Shown here in pieces: positions 34,211 to 46,995 of a stretch of 64,000 bases of DNA. The first letter of the stretch is position 1, and every line of letters begins with the position of its first letter. The DNA is from Octopus sinensis. Its lineage: Eukaryota. The notes beneath the pieces are model-generated. The model ran no database searches, was not told the DNA's origin, and worked only from the letters and a program-made list of their open reading frames with translations. The DNA lies in assembly GCF_006345805.1 (NCBI RefSeq), contig NC_043006.1, forward strand, positions 39,928,001 to 39,992,000, read 5' to 3'. The translations under genes and the position numbers were made by a program.

Positions 34211-34454
34211 AACACATATTTTTGGCCTGTAATGTTTTGTGCAACCACACCCTCTGCCAGCATGATGAAGCTCTACTTAGTAGCATTTCGTCCGTCTTTA
34301 CTCTCTGAGTTCGAATTCCATCATGGCTGACTTTGCCTTTCATCCTTTCGGGGTCGATAAAATAAGCACTAGATGAACACTGGGGTCAATGTAATCGACT
34401 TACTCCCGTCTCCCAATGTCGCTGCTCTTGTGGCAAAATTTGAAACCAATTTTT

Positions 34455-34591
34455 ACTCCCAACCACATGGTTCCGGGTTCATTCCCACTGCGTGGCACCT
34501 TGGACAACTGTCTTCTACTATAGCCTCGAGCCGACCAAAGCCTTGTGAGTGGATTTGGTAGAAGGAAACTGAAAGAAGTCCGTCGTATATG

Positions 34592-34626
<35 letters not shown>

Positions 34627-34840
34627 TTGTATGTCTGTGTTTGTCCCCCAACATCGATTGACAACCGATGTTGGTGTGTTTATGTCCCCGTAAATTAGCT
34701 GTTCTGCAAAAGAGACCGATAGAATAAGTACTAGGCTTACAAAGAATAAGTCCTAGGGTCGATCTGCTCGACTAAAAGCGGTGCTCCAGCATGGCTACAG
34801 TCAAATGACCGAAACAAGAAAAAGAGTAAAGGAGTAATAC
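34455..34840 (+). mobile_element. SINE family B, full length
   Basis: ggttccgggttcattcccactgcgtggcaccttgg..(TG)n..gagaccgatagaataagtactagg..gcggtgctccagcatggc..aaaagagtaaa. Confidence 0.85.
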
Positions 34841-35495
34841 CAATTACTAATCTAAGCGGTGTTATGTTTATCCTGCTCCCTACCCTACGTCATTAATACG
34901 TCCGCATTAGACACAAGGCCATTTTTGATGCATTTCAGTATAAAAGCATGCGCCGTCTTATAAGTCAGTAAACGCTCTCTTGAGACATACACCGCCGATA
35001 AAACCCCGTTTAGGTAGCAATTTCCCTCCATAGTATTTCAGCCCCGAAAAAAATTCGATTGTGCTGGGACCACCAGTATTTTATGGGTTGCAAAGTAAAT
35101 TGTTCTCACATGCAGTTTACGTCCATAATTTCTGTAATCTATCCGATTGTCTACTCTGAAAATAAAAAAAGTATTCACTGTAAAAACTTCATTTAGCATA
35201 TTGTTTTATTCTTTTATTTGTTTCAGTCGTTGACTGCAGCCATGCTGGAGCACCGCCTTTTAGTTGAATTTAACTGATGTTCTTTTGTTTACATGTAAAA
35301 CGTTGTCCTCTCGGCGTTCATACTTCCATTACACCAAACACCTTGCTCTGCACTTTGCAACTATTATTATAACAACTCGTTATTTCTTCCACTGAATCTC
35401 TTCTTCCCTGGGTTCCACAGCGATTTCTGCTTTTGTAAACATTCTAGCCATATATTTACCCCGACTATAAACGTGGTTTCTGTCGTAATTTTTTC

Positions 35496-35965
35496 TTATT
35501 TCTTTATTGCCCATGAGGGGCTTAACATAAAGGGGACAAACAAGGACAGAAAAACGGATTAAGTCGATTACATCGACCTCCAGTGAGTAACTGGTATTTA
35601 ATTTATCGACCCCGAAAGGATGAAAGGTAAAGTCGACCTCGGCGGAATTTGAACTCACAACGTAACGGCAGACGAAATGCCACTAAGCATTTCGCCCGGC
35701 GTGCTAGTGTTTCTGCCAGCGTGCTAACGTTTGTTATTTCCTTATTGCCCACAAGGGGCTACACAAAGAGGGGACAAATAAGGACAGACAAACGGATTAA
35801 GTTGATTACATCGACCCCAGTACGTAACTAGTACTTATTTAATCGACCCAGGAAAGGGTGAAAGGCAAAGTCGGCATCGGCGGAATTTGAACTAAGAACG
35901 TAGCGGCAGACGAAATACTGCTAATAATTTCACCCGGCGTGCTAACGTTTCAGCCAGCTCGTCGC
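35496..35965 (-). mobile_element. SINE family A dimer
   Basis: Two cores with tail 1. The junction (minus sense) aataaggaaataac|aaacgttagcacgc lies at about 35733. Confidence 0.85.
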
Positions 35966-36655
35966 AATTTTTTCTATTCAGAGTAACAACTTTTTGTCTT
36001 ACCATTATCCTGCATAGTACACTGCCGTAACTTGCCTTATTCACCAGAGCAGAATCATTCTAGATCTTTCCAGGCTGTAAACGTTTCATGCCTACAGTAG
36101 TTATCTCCCATTAATTCCCCCGACCACCCTTACATCTGCAAAACATTCTGCGTAAAGAATTCCTAGGAATGTTAAAGGTACATCTCTTCTCAGAATAACA
36201 AAATCAAATCATGGATGCAAAAGACATGGGCCTACTTCGTTTTAGGACTTCCTTTGTACATTTTCCCGTATATTTTTGTTTATTTCTTTGTTTTGTTTTA
36301 TTCAAATCCGACTTCATCTGCTATCAACATCAAATGAAAGCCTAATCAGAAATTCTAGTCATCCATACATTCTACAATGCTCGGAATGGAAATTCACATG
36401 TCACATGCCGCATCTGTAAAACACAGGGAAGCTTTTATCCAATAACAGAATTAACTGACAAAAGGACATAGAAAATTTTGATATCAGGATCTCAAAACTT
36501 TTTCTCTTTCTTCATTATTTCTCACACACGAACACTTTCTCGTTCTCTCATTACGTTTCTAATTTCTTCCTTTCCAATTCCCCATCCAATTCTACCACCC
36601 CTCTCTCCCTCCCTCCCTCCCTCCCTCTCTCTCTCTCTTTCTCTCCTTATATATA

Positions 36656-36697
<42 letters not shown>

Positions 36698-36993
36698 CCC
36701 TTTTCTCTCTCTCTATCTCTTCTGCCAAACTCCAATCGCTTCTTTAAATTTGCCTATCTCTTTCTCTCCGCTTCTCATTCGCTTTCTTATTCTGGTGCAC
36801 GCATTCCGTTTGTGAGTGTGTGGGCTATTTACTGGGGAATTTTACTCAACATCTATGCGTAAATACACATGGGTATTCAAGTGCATGCATTCTCTATTTC
36901 TCCACAAGCACACACGTTCACACAAACTCTCTCACACACATACATACTACATTCATACATACTACATTCATACATACGTACGTACATACATAC

Positions 36994-37064
<71 letters not shown>

Positions 37065-37070
<6 letters not shown>

Positions 37071-37681
37071 AAATATAAGAGAGCCAACTTTGAATATGTT
37101 AACTCTAGTGCTAGAAATAGCTCCAGCGGTATAGTCGCCAACGATAATTCCACATAGAAATAGCACTACCCTCAACGTAATGAAATCGAAATGCAACTAA
37201 AAAATGGATTAATGTTGTACAATTGTTTCTTCATCAACAAAATGCAAATTATACTCACATAATTGTCTATGAATCATCAGCAACATTTGTCGATGCAATT
37301 AATCAGACCCCTACAGGCGACGATTACCCATGTGGTCTGATCAATTACAAATTCCCCGCCGAAAGCAAATGCTAAGACTTAGTGGAAGTGAATACCGCAT
37401 GTAATATTTACTGCAGTGTATCAAATTCATAAATTCAATAATGAGGGTGAAAAAACTTTAGATATTAATTCAATAATACCCTTATTTTAACACCAAGCGA
37501 CCTAGCACAATAAACCAGGGAGACAAATACATATTTATCCGTAAATATAAGAGAGCCAACTTTGAATATGTTAACTCTAGTGCTAGAAATAGCTCCACCG
37601 GTATAGTCGCCAACGATAATTCCACATAGAAACAGCACTACCCTTAACGTAATGAAATTGAAATACAACTAAAAAATGGAT
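37065..37681 (+). repeat. 145-bp direct repeat pair (37065-37209 and 37537-37681)
   Basis: atccgtaaatataagagagccaac..aactaaaaaatggat occurs twice, offset 472 bp, with about five substitutions. Confidence 0.9.
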
Positions 37682-37812
37682 CAAAACACTTTAATTTAAT
37701 TTCGTTGGTACTCCGAGTTTCAAGCGTGCTTCCAATTCAAAATGGCTGAAGGCTAGCATCACGCTTGAAACTCGAAATACCAACGAATTTGAATCAAACT
37801 GTTTTGATCCAT
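37676..37812. repeat. Small foldback/MITE-like hairpin
   Basis: atggatcaaaaca..ttcgttggta..cgagtttcaagcgtg versus cacgcttgaaactcg..taccaacgaa..tgttttgatccat. Confidence 0.85.
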
Positions 37813-37874
37813 ACATGTTACTCCCAATAAATGTGTTAAATGCCCTTCTTTTGTTTGTCCACTGACTCCTATAA

Positions 37875-37916
<42 letters not shown>

Positions 37917-37946
37917 TATATATATTATATATATATATATATATAA

Positions 37947-38790
37947 TAATAATAAGAGTAAATAATTTCTATAAAGGCTTTTAAAAAAAACCCAATTATT
38001 TACTGGTAGAATTCGGTATGTAAATATAGCCGATTACCGGCAGGAACTTCTGTAAAGTTCAGTATATATATTGTATATAAGAAAAAGGGACAGGCAAACA
38101 GGTTGCTTGACCGCATACCGAAAACATAGAAATAGCAGTCAAGAATGCTTATTTCTATCAAAGTTGGACTCCAGGCACGACAAACCCTGTAATTCACATA
38201 TGCAAAACAGAAGGAATAGATAACGAAAACGAAGTCTGGTGGTTATCTGTGAACATCATGTTTCTGGATTATAAACATATTGAATATATATTTCATATAT
38301 ATTTTTGATATATATTTCGTATACATTGCATATATATTTCACATCCTTCTTCAGCACAGCTTTCCATTGAAAAAGATTTATCATAGATTTATCAAATGCT
38401 ACGTACCTCAAACCTTCTGACCATGCGACATCAAAATATTTGAAGAAAGTGAGCAAACGCTAAACCTACATAGACGTTTGAATTCGTAAATCTTCCCTCC
38501 AAAATTTTGCCATGCGCACTACAAAAATAGTTCCATAAGATTGGGAACTATTGGGTTGTCATAATGGAGTGAAAAATCCAAATAGTAATATAATAATAAG
38601 AGTAAATAATTTCTATAAAGGCTTTTAAAAAAACCCCAATTATTTACTGGTAGAATTCGGTATGTAAATATAGCCGATTACCGGCAGGAACTTCTGTAAA
38701 GTTCAGTATATATATTGTATATAAGAAAAAGGGACAGGCAAACAGGTTGCTTGACCGCATACCGAAAAAATAGAAATAGCAGTCAAGAAT
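37947..38790 (+). repeat. 200-bp near-identical direct repeats (37947-38146 and 38591-38790) enclosing 444 bp
   Basis: Offset 644 bp. I found one mismatch by eye (aaaacataga versus aaaaaataga). The outer sides abut (TA)n tracts. Confidence 0.9.
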
Positions 38791-38912
38791 ATATATATAT
38801 ATATTATATATATAAATTAAGGATAAAACCTACGTTAGATTTTAGTATGCAATCATCCGGCTAAGGTCAAATTAATTCATAAATATATATCAAAGGCAAA
38901 CAAGTACGTATA

Positions 38913-39088
38913 CAAGTCGCCTACATGCTAGAAGAAGACGCCAATGTCTAAAAACTACCTAACATATCATCATAAAATAAAACACGCGCCCTATTCGTGC
39001 AGATAAGCAAAACAGATTCATGATTTTATGGTGATACGCTAGGTCCTGTTTAGACATTGGCGTCTTCCTCTATCATGTAGGTGACTTG
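38913..39088. mobile_element. MITE with TA flanks
   Basis: ta|caagtcgcctacatg..aagacgccaatgtctaaa versus tttagacattggcgtctt..catgtaggtgacttg|ta. Confidence 0.8.
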
Positions 39089-39090
39089 TA

Positions 39091-39656
39091 TTGGGTTGTT
39101 CGGAAAGTTCGTGCCGATTTTTAAAGGAAAGAAAAAGCTCAATAAATACTTGCCATTACATTTTTAATCAACCAAATATGAAACACTTTGTTGCACAATG
39201 CGTCTCCATCCTTCCTTTAACTTGAAAATACCCTCTTCCCAGAATTGAGGTGGTCTCATGGCAAAGAATTCATCAAGGTATCTTTTTATGTCATCCAAGG
39301 AATTTAAATTTTTACCATTAAGACTATCCTGCAGAGACCTGAATATGTGGAAATCCGAAAGAGCAATATCTGGTGAATATGGAGGGTGGGATAACACATC
39401 CCAGCCGAGCTGCAACAATTTTTGCCTGGTTCCCAAAGCATCAAGTGCCGAAAATGAACTTTCTTATCTTCAATTTTAAAGGGTTACAGAATTAACACAT
39501 GTTATAGGAACATAAACCTTCTTCCACGAAAAGATAGCTTAAACTACGCTCTAAATGGAGGTGTAGTCAAATCCTATTTTATGGACTCAACCATGTTCTA
39601 AAATAAGTCGAAAGGTAAGCTTCTATAAATCGGCACGAACTTTCCAAACAACGAAT
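39091..39656 (-). mobile_element. Internally deleted mariner element with both 30-bp TIRs and TA flanks
   Basis: TIRs ttgggttgttcggaaagttcgtgccgattt and aaatcggcacgaactttccaaacaacgaat. The minus-strand peptide LGWDVLSHPPYSPDIALSDFHIFRSLQ..FWEEGIFKL carries the mariner YSPDLAPSD motif. Confidence 0.92.
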
Positions 39657-40199
39657 TATATGTACTTGTTTTCTTTATATATATATATATATGTATATAT
39701 ATGATTATGCATACATATATGATTGTGCATGTGGTTGTGTTTATATCTGCAAGCAAATGTATGTGTGTGAGAGAGTTTGTGTGAATGTGTGTGCTTGCTG
39801 AGAAATAGAGAGAAGGAGGAAGAGAGAGAGAAAGAAAGAGAGAGGGAGAGCGAATATTAAATATGTGCATTTCTAACATAAGTCATGCAGGTTTATTATA
39901 ACGAATACACCAGTGACCAACCTTCCTGGACAAATCTCCACCTCTGACTGACGACCACTCAGTGCTAAAGACGTCTTTCCTACTTCTGATGTGACATAAA
40001 TCTCGAGATAATGTTGGTGAGAGTGTGTGGCAGGGGGAGAAAGGGACGTTTTTGAAAGTCTTCAGTTTCCGATCAATACCTTGATATAGTGTTGCCCTCT
40101 GGGAACTGTTCCACAATACGACCAGTAATAGAGTAATCATTTAAGCGCCTATTGATGTATGTTGATTCAGTGGCCTGGTCTGTAAGGTGGTAGATAGAT

Positions 40200-40208
40200 C
40201 GGTAGATT

Positions 40209-40290
<82 letters not shown>

Positions 40291-40595
40291 CAGATAGATA
40301 AATAGAGAGAGTAATAAGCGGGTGTTCAGACAGGAAGTCAGACTTAAACGCAACGCGGACAACATAAAGAAAAATATATAGGTTAGATTGATAGGCAGAC
40401 AGATAGATAATTTATCTCTCGACATCAGTCAATTTATCTCTCTTCTAATCTATTTTCATATCTCTTTATATATTTCTCCACTATTTCGCAAGCTCTCTCC
40501 CACACCCCTTAATTTTCTTTCTCTGTCTCTCCTCCCCCCAATCTTTCATTCTCCCTCTGCATACATATACACACATGCACATACACAAGCACGCA

Positions 40596-40641
<46 letters not shown>

Positions 40642-40718
40642 CATACATACATACATACATACATACATACATACATACATACATACATACTACATACATA
40701 CATACATACATACATATG

Positions 40719-40752
<34 letters not shown>

Positions 40753-40840
40753 TGTATGTATGTATGTATATATGTATGTATGTATGTATGTATGTGTGTA
40801 TGTATGCATGTATGTATGTGTGTATGTATGTATGTATTTA
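40200..40840. repeat. (GATA)n and (TACA)n/(TATG)n microsatellites
   Basis: Directly visible. Confidence 0.9.
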
Positions 40841-41339
40841 CATCGATGGTAATCAATATACAAAACCGTCAGAATTTACAGGTCGTGTCAAGGCAGTCAA
40901 AATCGAAATTGACTGTCTATGTTTTGTTTTTTAAGGAAAAAAAACTATAAAGTATGTATTTATGTTGTTAACATCTTTTACCAAACATCTTCTGCAAACT
41001 TAGATGTTCTTTATTCATAGAACACTTGAATATTATCTACATTAAGCATTTGAGAAACTGTTTATTCCATGCCAGGCACACGCACACACGTACACCCATC
41101 TGCGTATGCATATTCATAAATGCTTACGTATACATAGACACACACGGGGTTGTATGTAGCAAGGAAGGGTGTAGGTGTAAATTCAATGGCCATAAAATTG
41201 AGTTAAATATATGGTTAAATAGTTCTGCTTCAAGTATATAATGTTCACTGCCTGACCGCGAAGAAGCAGGGATCGATTTGATTGCACTGCAGATTGGGTG
41301 CTTTCGACAACTGTAGATTCGGGGTGAGCAATTTGGTGG

Positions 41340-41910
41340 GCGCACACACACATACACACGCGCGCACACACACACACACGAAACACACACAAACACGCAC
41401 GCACACACACACACACACATAAACACACACATACACAAATGCACTCAAACACACACATATACAAACATACACACAAACACACACAAACACACACAAACAC
41501 ACAAACACACACAAATACACACAAACACACAAGTACACAAACACACACACAAACACACAAACACACACGCACAAACACATACACAAACAAACGCACACAA
41601 ACACATACACACACAAACACACACACAAACACACACACACAAACACACACACACACAAACACACACACAAACACACACAAACTCACGCACATACACACAC
41701 ACAAACACGCACACACACACACACACATAAACACACACAAATACACACAAGCACACACAAACACACACACAAGTACACAAACACACACACAAACACACAC
41801 ACACACATAAAGACACACACACAAACACATACACAAACAAACGCACAGAAACACACACACAAACACACACAAAAAACACACACATACACACACACACAAA
41901 CACATACATT
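41340..41910. repeat. Long interrupted (CA)n / ACACACAA tract
   Basis: Directly visible. It gives the Cys/Val ORFs. Confidence 0.95.
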
Positions 41911-42071
41911 TAAATCGCCCAAATATACTGGTAATAACTACAAAAAAATCAACCGTCCGAAGGCAAACGGGCTATGACAATCTCCTTGCATACATTCAAG
42001 TATTTGGTCTTACGTGGACCCCGGTTTCTGCACTGGCATAACAGCCTCAGCTTTCTCAGCACATGTTACCA

Positions 42072-42113
<42 letters not shown>

Positions 42114-43688
42114 TATATGACAGGCTTCTTTCAGTTTCCGGCTATCAGATCCACTCACAAAGCCTTGATCGTGCCGAGGCTAGACTAGAAGACAATTGCC
42201 CAAGATGTCACGCAACGAGGCTGGGTCCTTGAATTATATGGAGAGCAAGCACTCTTATTACCACGTAACCAATTACCGCATTATTAAAGATATATTACAT
42301 TACAGTTAAGGGATCTACTTATTTGCATCACAAGGTCCAGTCCTTGTTGCGATGTGGTGGCCTGTATGCCTTAATGGTCTCTAGAGCTATGCCAGCAGAA
42401 CTCAAGCTCCCCATAAGGGCTCCCATGCTGGACAGGTCACAGGCTTGAGGCCAGGCTAATATGGATCATCTTTTCCCAGAGATAAAACGGTGTTGCGTAA
42501 GACCACCACTCCTATCTGGAAATAGCAAACTTACAGCTTCCAACCACATTGTTCCAGATTCAATACCACGGCGTGGTACCTTGGGAAAGTGTCTTCGGGC
42601 CTACGAAAGGCTTTTGAATGGATTTAGTAAACGGAAACTGAGAGAAATCCGTCCAATATGTGTGTGTCTCTGTCTATCTTTGTCTGTGTGTTTGTGTGCG
42701 TGTATCTGTGTCACCGTTTGTCTCCCGCCACCACTTGACAACTTGGTGTGTTTACGTCCCAATAACATCGCGGTTCGTAACATGGTGTTTACGTCCCAAT
42801 AACAGAATAACCGCCAGGCTTTAAAACAGAAAATAAGTAGTTGGTACAATTTACTCGACTAAAATTCTTCAGATCGGTGCCCCAGCAGGGGCGCAATCTA
42901 ATGACTGAAGTAAAAGACAAAAAACATCTCAAAGCTAGCCAGACCTAAGAGAAGAAGGTCTCCACTCAGTGATGGATAGGCCGGAAGGCCGACAGACCAT
43001 ATTTCAGGGAAACAAAAAAGGCAGCCCGGAGTCAAGAAGAGGTGAGAAAAAATTGTCGATGACTTGTACTCCTCAGATTCCTGAAGATTTAATCACAGTT
43101 GGGACCATGATTTTAATTGTGTACATGTATGGCTGTTAGGCTAAGTGATGTGTATATTTCTATTTAATGAGAATACGGATAGAGCGGAACAATTTGTATA
43201 GATCTATAAATAGGAATGAGTTACACAACTTATTGAATTAGTACTATCGGGTTACGATGATTTAAATGATCTACGAAACCTGATCAAAATGCATCGAAAC
43301 TGTTGTTATGGTAACAGAACTAGCGTACGCACAGGGAAGCGCTTGGCACAAATTGATCTTGAACTTGGTGACGAATGCACACTCAGTAATTGTATAGCGT
43401 TCTCGTTCATTTCCGTTGTTTATTAACAGTGCTTGGAAGTAAAGTGTGTAGAGTGTGGTCGTTTCACCACACCACAGGGGTTCCATCAGCGACGATGGCA
43501 GAGAAAGTGTGAATGTGCGTGCGTGAGAGATGGGGAGGGGAAAGGGGCAGGGAGAGAGGGGGCGGGAGAGAGGGGGCGGGAGAGAGGGGTGGGTGAGAGG
43601 GGCGAGAGAGAGGGGCGGAAGAGGGGGCAGGGGAGAGTGCGTTCGTGCGTGGAAGCAGGCACGACTTGAAGGTTATTACAGTCAAGAA

Positions 43689-43862
43689 TCGTTCCAAAGA
43701 TCAAATCCTACTTGAAAGAAAGAAGATTTCTTGATGTCGAGAAAATCCAAGAGAACGCGACGAGGAAACTGCTCGCCATCCCCAAAGCAAGGAGTACCAG
43801 GAATTCCTCCACCAATGGAAAAGCGTGTGGCTTCAGAAGGAGACCTCTTTGAAGGAGATTAA
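43689..43862 (+). mobile_element. Mariner transposase C-terminal relic
   Basis: VPKIKSYLKERRFLDVEKIQENATRKLLAIPK / KEYQEFLHQWK / VASEGDLFEGD* across frameshifts. This is the typical mariner ending KRWxxCVxxxGDYFEGD. Confidence 0.8.
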
Positions 43863-43978
43863 ATGCCAAATTGATACGTGTTGTAGATTTCTTTTTATAT
43901 AGCACCAGTCTCGATACCTTTTGACCAGACCTCGTATATATAGCACCATGCTAATAAAGGAATGCACTCACGGTCTTA

Positions 43979-44275
43979 GTGGAGGCACATGGCCTAGTGG
44001 TCAGAGCGGGTCGAGGGATGGCGGGTGCGAATCTCAAACCGAGAGATGTGTGTGTGTATGAGCGAAACACCTAAACTCCACGCGGCTCCGACAGAAGGTA
44101 ATGACGAACTTCTGCTGACTCTTTCGCCACAACTTTCTCTCACTCTTTCCTCCTGCATCTTGCAGCTCACATGTGACACACCGGCGTCCCGTCCAGGTGG
44201 GGAACCTATACGCCAATGAAACTGGGAAACCGGCCCTTATGAACCAGGCATGCCTCGGGAAGGAACAAACAACAC
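43979..44275 (+). mobile_element. SINE family C, full length
   Basis: Near-identical to 19653-19955. Confidence 0.9.
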
Positions 44276-44488
44276 CAACAACCCACGTTCTTAATACAGT
44301 TGGAACTTGCTGTTACAACATACCGTTAGATGAATATAAAAGACAGTGTATACAGTAACATAATGAAGAGGTTAAACGAAATTTCCTTTTGCAATAACTG
44401 AATGACGTAATTATTTTCTTTTTCTTTTACTTGGCCAAGGGTTATCATTTCGCGGTTAATTTGAATCTGAAGCATCCAATATATAGAA

Positions 44489-44559
<71 letters not shown>

Positions 44560-44845
44560 TATATATATAATTAATAAGGGTGAGAGAATTAGATACTAAT
44601 TTAATAGTATATCTATTCAACACCAAGTGGCCTAGTGCTCCGAGAACCTGGATTATTATAATATTTTATAATATATTATAATATTTTTACAAAATAAATA
44701 TAAGAGAGTGGTCACTATATGGCTCACTCTAGCACCAGTTAATCCAAAAGGTTTCAACCACAAAAATACATGTTTCCCATGAAAGTCAGTACGATTGTTA
44801 GCTCACACGGACAGGGCAAATAAAAAATAACAAAAATACAGATTA

Positions 44846-44926
44846 TTTTGGGACAATTGTTTCGCTATTAATGAATTAAATGTAATTTTACTTACAAAAA
44901 AATCCACTTGTAGCTCCTCAGCCAAA
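44846..44926 (-). ncRNA. Type I hammerhead ribozyme motif (Penelope-associated minimal type)
   Basis: Minus strand: UUUUGG-CUGAGGA-GCUA(42-nt loop)UAGC-GAAA-CAAUUG-UC-CCAAAA. It has a complete core, a 6-bp stem I, a 4-bp stem II and a palindromic stem III. Confidence 0.75.
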
Positions 44927-45123
44927 ACTATCTGGATGAAATCCACTCAATCACACGCCAGATTTTACCATAACGATAAATACGCGTGTGGTTCAATTGA
45001 TTACATCCGACGTTATAATTCAAATGCCCCAACTAACAGCGCGCCAAACTGGCGTGTGATTGAGTGGACGAAGGCAGGTGGAATACAAACAAACAATTGT
45101 ATTAGTATGGCGCTCAGGAACAC

Positions 45124-45252
<129 letters not shown>

Positions 45253-45254
45253 TG

Positions 45255-45655
45255 TAGGAGTGGTTATGTGGTAAGTAGCTTGCTTACGAACAACATGATT
45301 CCGGGTTCAGTCCCACTGCGTGGCACCTTGGGCAAGTGTCTTCTTCTATAGCCTTGGGCTGACCAAAGCCTTGTGAGTGCATGTGGTAGATGGAAACTGA
45401 AAGAAGCTCGTCGTATATATGTATATATACATATGTGTGTGTGTGTGTATTTGTCTGTGTTTGTCCCCACCCCCACCCCCAACATCGCTTGACAACCGAT
45501 GCTGGTGTGTTTACGTCCCTGTAACTTAGCGGTTCGGCAAAAAGAGACCGATAGAATAAGTACTAGGGGTCGATTTGATCCACTAAATGCGGTGCTCCAG
45601 CATGGCCACAGTCAAATGATTGAAACAAGTAAAAGAGTAAAAGAGTAAAGAGTAA
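45255..45655 (+). mobile_element. SINE family B, full length
   Basis: Same head, (TA)(TG) linker and aaaagagtaaaagagt tail as 34455-34840. Confidence 0.85.
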
Positions 45656-45689
45656 ACCATTTAAGTAGATTTTTCTGTTCTCTCTGGCC

Positions 45690-46300
45690 TCTGAAACAGA
45701 ATTAAGAATCACTTTGATCGATGTGATTGAAAAGGTGGTATTGAATCAAATAGAAAACGAATCTAAGAGGGCTGAATCCGTTGCTCTCCTTATAGTTGAA
45801 ACGTTCGATGCATCGAACTATTCACAACTGTCAACTGTTTTGCATTATAGTTCAAAACGCGGTGTTGCTAAGAAGCAACGTTAGCGCAGATCGTTCGGTA
45901 AAATTCTTTATCTGAACATGTTTTTTAAAAGCATCGAAACGTGGAGGTGTGGAAATAAATTAATTGCACAAACCTGTGAAGGTGCCGCTACAATAGAAAG
46001 ACAATTAAATGAGTTGCAGTCAAAGGTAAGGGAGAAACGAATCTGCGATCTTTATTCATTGTTGTGTCCATACGCTAAATTTAGTTCTTTCACAAGCATG
46101 TTCTGCTACAAAAGAATGCAAAGATATTTTTTCCGACAACAAATGAACTGGGTACCTTCTTTTTTTTACGAAATCACACAAAAGAACCAATGCATCGAAT
46201 TATATTGTTAAAAAGATTTCCCAAAGCAACAGTAACTAGATGGAATTATTCGTTGCATCTAATTAATAACGCAAAAGAAAATTGCGATTTCTTAATCAGT
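45690..46300 (+). mobile_element. hAT-superfamily (ZMYM1-like) transposase relic, part 1
   Basis: DVIEKVVLNQIENESKRAESVALLIVETFDASNYSQLSTVLHY..SADRS..CGNKLIAQTCEGAA..LFIH..HTLNLVLSQACS..RFPKATVTRWNYS across frameshifts. This matches hAT DETTD..QLS, AQTYDGA, HCxAHxLNL and TRW motifs. Confidence 0.8.
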
Positions 46301-46426
46301 TTTTTTTTTTTTTATTTAATCATTGGGTATCCTAATGCATAGAATGAGTCTACTTTAATTTCTGCCACTGGATTCCGCCACAATTTATAAATCCCGTTTT
46401 CCTGGTGTTAATTGTTGTTATTATTA

Positions 46427-46493
<67 letters not shown>

Positions 46494-46530
46494 GTTGTTG
46501 TTGTTGTTGTCATTATTGTTATTATTTTTA

Positions 46531-46746
46531 GGGTGGTGAGCTGGCAGAATCGTTAGCACACCGGGCAAAATGCTTAGCGGCATTTTGTCCGTCTTCACGT
46601 TTTGAGTTCAAATTCCGACGGAGTCGACTCTGCTTTTCATTCTTTCAGGGTTGATTAAATAAGTACCAGTTACACACAAGGGTCGATGTAATCGATTTAA
46701 TCCCTTCCCCCAAATTTGCGGCCTTGTACCACCAGTAGAAAGGATG
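46531..46746 (+). mobile_element. SINE family A with tail 2
   Basis: ggtggtgagctggcagaatcgttagcacaccgggc..cccccaaatttgcggccttgt..agtagaaagga. Confidence 0.85.
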
Positions 46747-46768
46747 CTTCTTCTTCTTCTTCTTCTTC

Positions 46769-46821
<53 letters not shown>

Positions 46822-46995
46822 ATTATTATTATTAGCTGAATTACCCAGCGTTTCCTGAGTTAGTACTGTTCTCATTCAGATTAGTAAATAATGAATATGA
46901 AGATTTTTTTTTTCTCATAATTATTTCAAAACGTATATTTTTTATCTAAAACTACCCATATTGTAGTGATAATAGAATTATGAACTGAAAATCTG

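Noticed and set aside
41183-41922. Cys/Val-rich ORFs up to 240 aa (metallothionein-like appearance)
   Set aside because: Pure (TG)n-type repeat that is open in several frames.
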